IMG/VR virus record: IMGVR_UViG_3300047275_000136
Coordinates: 1 to 39,764 of that record
Length of the DNA: 39,764 bases
Direction: 5' to 3' (one strand)
DNA from: a virus
Taxonomy: Duplodnaviria; Caudoviricetes
Below the pieces are notes generated by a model, which did no database searches, was not told the DNA's origin, and was given only the letters and a program-made list of their open reading frames with translations. The position numbers and the translations under genes were made by a program. Within the stretch, counting starts at the first letter, position 1. Each line of letters opens with the position of its first letter. Shown one piece after another: positions 32,787-39,764 of this stretch.

Positions 32787-34936
32787 TGGCTACTGATTTA
32801 GAAAGAAGTGCTTTCGATCAAGCAACTACAGATGTCACCAATCTGTATCAAAACATTCTGAAAAGAGCACCAGATGCTGCTGGTTTGCAGTACTGGGTTG
32901 ATTCTGTATCTAAAGGAACAGCATCATTAGCTGATGTAGGTAAGAACTTTCAAGAAAGTAATGAATTTATTGTTAATGCACTGAAGGCTGGTCAGTCTGT
33001 CAATATTCCTTCTGTTTCTTCCTTTATTAAACAGAATCAGAATGATCCACAAGCAGTTCAGTTAGCGGCTAAACAATACGGTTTAGATCTACCAGCCATT
33101 AGCAATGCTTTAGGTATGTCTCAAACACAGGCTCAGAACTACTTCAGAGCTGCTGGTGTTCCTTTAGGGACAATGCTTACGGGAACAGTGCAGCGTACTT
33201 TTGGTACTGAAGGTGGTATACGTCAGCTTGATAAAGGCGAAGACGTAGGTACAGAACAGGTTATAGGTACTCAAGGTGATAAATTAGTAGTACAACAATA
33301 TGATGCGTATGGTGTACCTACAAATACTAGGTTGTCTGATCCTAATCCTTCTGATGCACAAGGTTGGTTACAAGCTTTAGGTATTGTCGGTGCTGCTACA
33401 GGTTTAAGTAATTTGTTTGATGCTGCTGCCGGAACTGCTGCAGGTGCTGGTGCTGGAACCACTGCAGGGGCTGCTGCAGGTACATTAGCTCCTGAAACAT
33501 TAGCTGCTTTAGAGGCTGTAGGTCAATCAGCAATACCAGAAATTGTTGCAACAACTGGTGGTTTACTAGATGCTGGGTTAGCTGCTGGAGCTGCTGCAGG
33601 AGGTGGTTTGTTAACACCTACAACAACAACTCCATCATTAACAGTAACAAGTACTCCTTTACCTGCTGCTACAATACCTGCTGAAGTTATTGCTGGTGGT
33701 CTAGGTGCTGGTACGTTAGCAACTTTAGATACTGTAGGTACACAAGCTACTCAAGATTTAGTTAATCAAGCAGCTAATCAAAACATTAACGTAGCTCCTA
33801 CAACAACTGTAGTGCCTCCTGTAGTTCCTGGTACACCAGCAACGTCTACAATCCCCAGTACTGTTACTAATGCTTTAGGGGCCGCAGCTAGTGGGTTATT
33901 GTCAGGGGTAACACCCAATGCTATTGGTAACCTAATCAATGCTGGTGTTGGTTATCAACAAGCTAAACAAGCTGCTGATGATTTGTTAGCTTCTGGGCAA
34001 ATTAGTCAACAACAGTACAACAACTTAGCTGCGAACATCCAAGGGCAGTATAACCAGTTAGGTAATCAGTTTAGTGGTATGGGTAGTGATATCAGATCTA
34101 CTTATAACCTACTATCACAGGAAGCAGGTCAGAATGTCGGTCAGTTTACTCCCTATGGTGTTACTAGTAACCTGTTCGAAAAAAGTGGACAAGATATCCA
34201 GACTGCTGCAATGAAAGCAGCACAGCAATCTTTTAATCAAGCTGGTTTAACTGATGTTGATCAACTATCCCAAGATTATTACAATAAGCTATCTGCTTTG
34301 TCTGCTCCTGATATTGCTCGTCAGCGACTAGCAACAGAGGAACGCTTACGTGCTCAAGGTAGATTGGGTGTAAGTGGGTCTGCTTATGGTGGTTCTTCTC
34401 CTGAACTGTTAGCACAAGAACAGGCTATAGCACAGCAGCAACTACAACGTGAGTTACAGTCTAGACAGGCTGCATTAGGCGAACGTGGTACACTATTGTC
34501 TCAAGGTGCTACAGCATTACAACCAGCAGTTCAGTTAGGACAGTTTGGTTCTCAAGCAGCACAGCAACAGTTTGCTAACGATCTTGCAAGACAGCAATAC
34601 CTCACTGGCCTTAAGTCTCAAGGTGTTCAAGGTGAGATCGCTGCTAGAACACAGGCTGGTAACTTAGCTGCTCAAGGTATTCAATCTGCTGCAGGGCTAC
34701 AACGTCAAGGTTTACAAGACTTGTTAGCTAGACAACTAATGGCTACCGAAGCAAGGTCTGGAGCTAATCAGCGTCTAACACAGACTTTGTTCGGAGGTTC
34801 TGGTGGTAGTGTTGGTGGTGTTGTCGGTAATGCTTTAGGAGGATTGTTTAACACCAATGCTGCTGGTGGAATAAATTCTGCAGGTTTTGGAACAGGCTTA
34901 GGCTACGGCAATCAAGATATTGGTCTGTTTATCTAA
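32786..34936 (+). CDS. Internal virion / ejection protein with N-terminal DUF4214-like domain
   Basis: VTNLYQNILKRAPDAAGLQYWV...F..S.EF; Ala/Gly/Gln-rich body. Confidence 0.6.
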   Translation: MATDLERSAFDQATTDVTNLYQNILKRAPDAAGLQYWVDSVSKGTASLADVGKNFQESNEFIVNALKAGQSVNIPSVSSFIKQNQNDPQAVQLAAKQYGLDLPAISNALGMSQTQAQNYFRAAGVPLGTMLTGTVQRTFGTEGGIRQLDKGEDVGTEQVIGTQGDKLVVQQYDAYGVPTNTRLSDPNPSDAQGWLQALGIVGAATGLSNLFDAAAGTAAGAGAGTTAGAAAGTLAPETLAALEAVGQSAIPEIVATTGGLLDAGLAAGAAAGGGLLTPTTTTPSLTVTSTPLPAATIPAEVIAGGLGAGTLATLDTVGTQATQDLVNQAANQNINVAPTTTVVPPVVPGTPATSTIPSTVTNALGAAASGLLSGVTPNAIGNLINAGVGYQQAKQAADDLLASGQISQQQYNNLAANIQGQYNQLGNQFSGMGSDIRSTYNLLSQEAGQNVGQFTPYGVTSNLFEKSGQDIQTAAMKAAQQSFNQAGLTDVDQLSQDYYNKLSALSAPDIARQRLATEERLRAQGRLGVSGSAYGGSSPELLAQEQAIAQQQLQRELQSRQAALGERGTLLSQGATALQPAVQLGQFGSQAAQQQFANDLARQQYLTGLKSQGVQGEIAARTQAGNLAAQGIQSAAGLQRQGLQDLLARQLMATEARSGANQRLTQTLFGGSGGSVGGVVGNALGGLFNTNAAGGINSAGFGTGLGYGNQDIGLFI

Positions 34937-34945
34937 GGAACAACA

Positions 34946-36208
34946 ATGGCACAGCAACAAGTAAGTTTATTTGGTCCTAGTTTAGCTGAAACACAAGCTA
35001 GGATTGCTCAAGAAGACGAAGCAATAGCTGCGAAACTTTCTCAAGCAGCCCCAGGACAGACTCTTATGAGGATAGCTCTGCAGGGCGGTAGTCAAGCTGG
35101 CAGAGCCTTAGGTGGATTGTTCGGTATCGAAGATCCTAGGCTTAAAGAGGCTGCACAGCAAGAAGCTATCTTCAAAGAACTAAAGGATAGTGGAGTAGAC
35201 TTTAAAGACCCTGAGAAGCTCTACAGTGCTCTCAGTGATGCTTATCAAGCTAGAGGTATGGTTGACAAAGCTATCGTCACTGCTGCAAAGCTTGAGGATA
35301 TTAAAGCTACGAAGCTGAAGTCTGAAGCAGAGATTGGTCTTAAGAGTGCTCAGGCAACTAAAGCATTGGCTGATGCTAGGAAAGCTCTGACAGAGAACCT
35401 ACCAACAGTAGCTAAGTTACAAAAGCTTCGTGATGATCTACGTGCAGCAAGGCCTAACGCAGAGTCTGATCAGCAGTTAGCAGAGATTGATCAAAAGCTA
35501 AAAGAACTTGATAGCGCTATCAATAAAGAAAGTACCTTTGCTCCTTTAGCAGCACCAAAGCCTGAATCATTTGGTGTAGACAGGGAAGCTATTTCAAGAG
35601 ACATGTACGGTAAACGATTTGGTGATTTAACACAACAAGAACAACAAGCTGTTAACAAAAGAGTTTTAGATGAGTCTAAGATGAGGCAGTCAAATACTAA
35701 CATAACCCTAAGCACACCTGAAAATGCGGCTTTGATTGGTAGATTTGAAACATCAATAAAACCAATCTTTGACAAAGTTTCAGCTATTGATAGCTCTATT
35801 ACGTTAATTAAAAAAGGAACTCCTTTCAGTGAGGCTGCTTTACGTCAAGAAATTAGTTCTATCTTCGGTGATGCTAACAAAGCTAAGACTGAGATCGAAG
35901 CATTAGCTAACACAGGTTCACTTGATCAACGTATTGCTAACAGAATCACACAGTTTATCAACGGTAAAGATACAAAGGTTACCAACGAAGATAGATTGGC
36001 TGTGTTACTAGCTCTTCGTGAAAAAGAAAAAGCGCAGTACGAACGCAGAAGAACTCCTTATGTAAATGCTGCAAAAGCATCTAACGTAAACGCTACGGAA
36101 ATATTTCCTAGCTTTGATGCAGCCTTTGGTACAGCTCCAGGAGGTTCTTCTGGTAAAGGAAGGACTGGGAGAACAGCAAGCGGTACTACGTACGTTATCG
36201 AAGACTAA
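34946..36208 (+). CDS. Internal virion / ejection protein
   Basis: Helical, Ala-rich; position after the tail genes. Confidence 0.55.
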   Translation: MAQQQVSLFGPSLAETQARIAQEDEAIAAKLSQAAPGQTLMRIALQGGSQAGRALGGLFGIEDPRLKEAAQQEAIFKELKDSGVDFKDPEKLYSALSDAYQARGMVDKAIVTAAKLEDIKATKLKSEAEIGLKSAQATKALADARKALTENLPTVAKLQKLRDDLRAARPNAESDQQLAEIDQKLKELDSAINKESTFAPLAAPKPESFGVDREAISRDMYGKRFGDLTQQEQQAVNKRVLDESKMRQSNTNITLSTPENAALIGRFETSIKPIFDKVSAIDSSITLIKKGTPFSEAALRQEISSIFGDANKAKTEIEALANTGSLDQRIANRITQFINGKDTKVTNEDRLAVLLALREKEKAQYERRRTPYVNAAKASNVNATEIFPSFDAAFGTAPGGSSGKGRTGRTASGTTYVIED

Positions 36209-36217
36209 GGAATAAGA

Positions 36218-38809
36218 ATGCCTACTTATACCATTAACGGTAGAACTGTAAGAACATCTCAACCACTAACTGATGCTGAGATTGATGAGATTGCTGCTTC
36301 TTTACCTAAAACTGGTGGAGTAACCCCTAAAGAACTATCTCAAGTATTTCAGCGTAATCGTCCGCAGGATACAGGAGCATCTACAACTGATTATCTAGCT
36401 GATGTAACTAAGAGAGCAGTAGCTAACATTGTTCCACAGGCTATGAGAGTCATGGGTGGTATGGAGGCTCCTATGCAAATGCCTTCTACACAGCCTTCTC
36501 TAACGCAACAGATAGAACAACAGGTTATTCAGCCTGTACAGCAACGATCACAGCAAGCACTAGGTTATCAGCAGATACCTCCTCCAGATACTGGTAGTCG
36601 ATTGATTGGTGCTGGTATTGAATCGGCACTAGATCCTGTTAGTATTGCTTCTGGCCCTGGTGGTGTTGTTCGTAGAATACTAGGTGGTTTTATACCTGGA
36701 GCTACTGCTGAGTTCGGTGGTCAGGTAGGTCAAAATGTTGCTGGTGACACAGGACAAGTTATTGGTGCTTTAGTTGGTGGTATAAGTGGTGGTGTTGCTC
36801 AAGGAACTATCCCAAGGGCTACAGCAATGGCTGGTCAGGCTAAACCACTGATCCAACGTATTCGTGGTACTGTTCCTGAAGAAGAGGTTCTACGTCAAGC
36901 TGACAACACTGTAACTTCCATCTTCCAAGCAGCAGCACAGGCAGATCCTAAGTTTGCTGAAGCATTGGCTAAATCACAGCAGATCAGTGCTACGACAGGT
37001 GTGCAGCTACCAGCATCAGCAATGCTGAATAATAATCCTGTACTAGGTGATTTGATTAGAAACTTATCAAGTAGAGACCCTGCTTTCCGTAATCTATATG
37101 GTTCGCAGTTTGAACAAGCAATGGATACCTTGTCAGGAAGAGCTACCAGATTGTTCGGTGATCCTACACAGGCTAACTTTATCCTTCAGCAAACACTAAA
37201 GAACATACCTTTAGATAAAATCCAACAACGCAGGCTTGACGCTATTAACCAACAAATAGCTAAGTCTTCTACCTTTAAAGTTGAAGATCCAGAGGCTCTT
37301 GGTACTCGTGTTGCAAAGTTAGTTGAAAAACAGGAAAAAGAAGCTAGAGAACTTACACAACCTTTCTACAAAGCTGCTTTTGATTATGCAGAGCAGAATA
37401 ACATCAACCTGCCTGCTGCAGGTGTTGAGGATATCTACAGATTTGTAAACGATACAAGAGCTGCTGATAAGTTTTTCTCTTTTCCTTCTATATGGAATAA
37501 AATAACAAAACCCCCATCAGAGAGAAACCCAGGTGGTTTTGGACCAGTTAAAGACGAAGCAGGTAATTTAGTCTTTAAGGATGCTTCCATAGCTGACATA
37601 GACTCTTTAAAAAGAGAAATTAACTTACAACTTAGAAAAACAAAAGATGACCCAGCATCGCAAAGATTGTTGTCATCTCTTAAAAATTCATTTGAAGATA
37701 CTATCTCTAATGTATCAGAAGACTTTAGTCGCCTCTACAAAGCAGCAGACGCTGCTTACTTAGAACGTGTCGGTCTTCCTTTTAATCAAGAAGCTATTAA
37801 ACAGATTGATAGAGCTAAGTTCAATGAGTCTGTTCTTCCTATCATCACTAAAAACAAATCAGCATTGTCTCAGTTTGTGGATGCTACTGGTGAAGAAGGA
37901 AGAGACCTAGCTATGAAGGCTTTTCTGACGGACTTTGACCGTGTTGCTGTTAAAGACGGTGTCATTGATCCTAAAGTAGCCCGTAAGTGGTTGAAAGAAA
38001 ACTCTGGTGAATTAGTTGTTCTAGGTGATAAAGCTGATGTTATCCGTAAAGCAGTTACTGATGTTACTGAACTGAATGCACAGAAGGTAAGAATCAATAA
38101 TGCCTTTACAGAGGCTAGGAAAGGTAATCTACTTCAATTAGAAGGTAAGACTGCTCAGGATATCGTCAACAACCTGTACAGTAACCCAACTAATGTAGAT
38201 CGTTTCTTACGTACTCATGGTAGTAACATCGATACCTTGAATGCTGTTAGATCTTTTATGTTAGATGATATTCTGTCAGCACAAAACCCTGTAGAGGCTC
38301 TAACAGATCGAACACGAAAGGCTACTTACGATAAAGTCTTTGGACCTACGTATGCTAAGAATGTAGAGAATCTTGCTGAAGCTGCTCGTAGATTGTCAGT
38401 AAACCCTGCTGATGTTAAGTTTAATGTAAAAGAAGTGCCGACAACACCTATTGAGCAATTAGTTGGTGTCCCTCCTGAAGAGATTATCTCTAAGTTAAGA
38501 AACCCAATAGCAAGTACGACATGGGCTGTGTCAGCTATCTTGTCTAAGTTCTGGGCAAAGCAGACAGCAGCAGCTACTGATGAGAAGCTAAAGGCTTTAT
38601 TGTTAGACCCTAAATCAACTAGGATATTGTCAGAGGCTCTGACACCTAAAGCTGATGGTACGCTAGATCTTACAGCAGCTAAGAAGCTCGTAGACTTAGG
38701 TAAAAAAGCAGGTATTGATTGGACTACGATGGTTATTGATGATGCTGCTAGAGGTGCTGCTAGAGCTATTCCAGCTATCCAGGCTGGTATGCCGGAGGAG
38801 ATGCAGTAA
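36218..38809 (+). CDS. Large internal virion / ejection protein
   Basis: 863 aa; Gly-rich hydrophobic segment then a helical body; last structural gene. Confidence 0.55.
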   Translation: MPTYTINGRTVRTSQPLTDAEIDEIAASLPKTGGVTPKELSQVFQRNRPQDTGASTTDYLADVTKRAVANIVPQAMRVMGGMEAPMQMPSTQPSLTQQIEQQVIQPVQQRSQQALGYQQIPPPDTGSRLIGAGIESALDPVSIASGPGGVVRRILGGFIPGATAEFGGQVGQNVAGDTGQVIGALVGGISGGVAQGTIPRATAMAGQAKPLIQRIRGTVPEEEVLRQADNTVTSIFQAAAQADPKFAEALAKSQQISATTGVQLPASAMLNNNPVLGDLIRNLSSRDPAFRNLYGSQFEQAMDTLSGRATRLFGDPTQANFILQQTLKNIPLDKIQQRRLDAINQQIAKSSTFKVEDPEALGTRVAKLVEKQEKEARELTQPFYKAAFDYAEQNNINLPAAGVEDIYRFVNDTRAADKFFSFPSIWNKITKPPSERNPGGFGPVKDEAGNLVFKDASIADIDSLKREINLQLRKTKDDPASQRLLSSLKNSFEDTISNVSEDFSRLYKAADAAYLERVGLPFNQEAIKQIDRAKFNESVLPIITKNKSALSQFVDATGEEGRDLAMKAFLTDFDRVAVKDGVIDPKVARKWLKENSGELVVLGDKADVIRKAVTDVTELNAQKVRINNAFTEARKGNLLQLEGKTAQDIVNNLYSNPTNVDRFLRTHGSNIDTLNAVRSFMLDDILSAQNPVEALTDRTRKATYDKVFGPTYAKNVENLAEAARRLSVNPADVKFNVKEVPTTPIEQLVGVPPEEIISKLRNPIASTTWAVSAILSKFWAKQTAAATDEKLKALLLDPKSTRILSEALTPKADGTLDLTAAKKLVDLGKKAGIDWTTMVIDDAARGAARAIPAIQAGMPEEMQ

Positions 38810-39273
38810 TGTTTGAACTCATTGGTGCTCTTATCGGTGGTGTATTCAGGTTAGCCCCTGAAGTACTGAAGATCTTAGATCGTAAGTTTGAAAGAGAACA
38901 TGAGCTAAAGAAGTTAGACGTTGAAGTATCTATTGCTAAGATGCAAGCAGAGTTTGCTCTACAGCAGGGATATCAGCGTCTACAAGAGCATGAATTAGAT
39001 GCTATCGGTGAAGCATTCAAACAACAAGCAGAGTCTGATGGTAAGGCTTGGAAGTGGGTAGCATCGCTGTCAGCACTAGTTAGACCTGCAGTGACTTACT
39101 GGTTTGTTTTCTTTTACTCAGCAGTCAAGATTGCAGGGCTTTACTTAGCTTTTTTACAAGACGGTAGTTGGACTTCTGTGCTCGTCACAGGCTGGACTGA
39201 TTTCGATGAGGGGATGCTTGCTATGATACTTTCGTTCTACTTTGTGGGTAGAGTATGGGAATCAAAGAAGTAA
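38809..39273 (+). CDS. Holin-like membrane protein (3-TM GTA-holin-like)
   Basis: Coiled-coil, LVRPAVTY, hydrophobic segments, FYFVGR; overlaps the lysozyme start. Confidence 0.65.
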   Translation: MFELIGALIGGVFRLAPEVLKILDRKFEREHELKKLDVEVSIAKMQAEFALQQGYQRLQEHELDAIGEAFKQQAESDGKAWKWVASLSALVRPAVTYWFVFFYSAVKIAGLYLAFLQDGSWTSVLVTGWTDFDEGMLAMILSFYFVGRVWESKK

Positions 39274-39764
39274 TCTCAATCGCTGAACCATTGATTAAGA
39301 GATTCGAAGGATGGAGAAGTAAACCTTATCTCTGTAGTGCTAACGTACCCACCATAGGTTGGGGGTCTACGATGTACGAGAATGGAGATAAGGTTACCTT
39401 AGATGATCCTGAGATCACAAAAGAAAGAGGACAGGAATTATTCGAACTTGATGCAGAGAGGTTCCTACTTCAAGTCTATAAAGCCTGTCCAGTGTTGACG
39501 AAACACGACAATAAAGCTGCTGCAATCCTTAGTTGGACTTATAATTTAGGTGCAGCTAGGTTGAGAGCATCCACGATGCGAACAAGGATAAACCAAGAGC
39601 GATGGGTGGAAGCTGTTCAAGAACTAAAGCGTTGGAATCTTGTAGCAGGTAAAGTAACCAGAGGCTTGATTCTTCGTCGTGAAGCTGAGGCATCACTCTT
39701 CCTTAGCCCAACCAACAACAAAACTGAAGATAGCAATATTAATAAAGACAAAGAACCCTTCGAG
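39255..39764 (+). CDS. Endolysin (GH24 lysozyme), 5' part; runs off the end and completes at 415
   Basis: MGIKEVISIAEPLIKRFEGWRSKPYLCSANVPTIGWG contains the E-x8-C-x5-T catalytic triad. Confidence 0.92.
   Translation, partial: MGIKEVISIAEPLIKRFEGWRSKPYLCSANVPTIGWGSTMYENGDKVTLDDPEITKERGQELFELDAERFLLQVYKACPVLTKHDNKAAAILSWTYNLGAARLRASTMRTRINQERWVEAVQELKRWNLVAGKVTRGLILRREAEASLFLSPTNNKTEDSNINKDKEPFE
39422..39764. repeat. Terminal direct repeat / circular assembly overlap, copy 2
   Basis: See 1-343. Confidence 0.95.

Noticed and set aside
1-39764. CRISPR array, tRNA, integrase/att, reverse transcriptase/DGR, introns or inteins
   Set aside because: No regularly spaced repeats, cloverleaf or such enzymes seen by eye; polA, nrdJ, helicase and terL are uninterrupted and of compact size. 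A covariance search could still find small RNAs.

Overview
This window looks like an essentially complete ~39.4 kb lytic podovirus-like phage genome that was assembled as a circle and opened inside the endolysin gene; bases 1-343 recur at 39422-39764 with 3 mismatches. Two divergent arms leave a non-coding control region at ~14.85-15.68 kb. The minus-strand arm (14844 to 272) carries small early genes, a GP88-like Cys-rich protein, a C5-methyltransferase-like protein, a T7-type replisome (primase-helicase, family A polymerase, SSB, 5'-3' exonuclease, resolvase-like nuclease), ThyX and a class II ribonucleotide reductase. I see no phage RNA polymerase or integrase. The plus-strand arm carries terminase, portal, fibre/Gly-rich proteins, scaffold, capsid, podovirus tail and ejection proteins, and lysis genes. 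The most notable non-coding signals are: (1) a textbook type II hammerhead ribozyme (14446-14500, minus strand) between the first two early genes; (2) a tight array of host-regulator-like sites (parS, LexA SOS box, Fur-like, IclR-like, PhaR-like, IHF) around a G-tract that may mark the genome end; (3) a 24-bp promoter motif shared by the two late transcription units; (4) short direct repeats placed exactly at early gene junctions; and (5) a frameshifted second Gly-rich fibre gene. All family assignments come from motif recognition by eye; no searches were run. A betaproteobacterial host is an inference.
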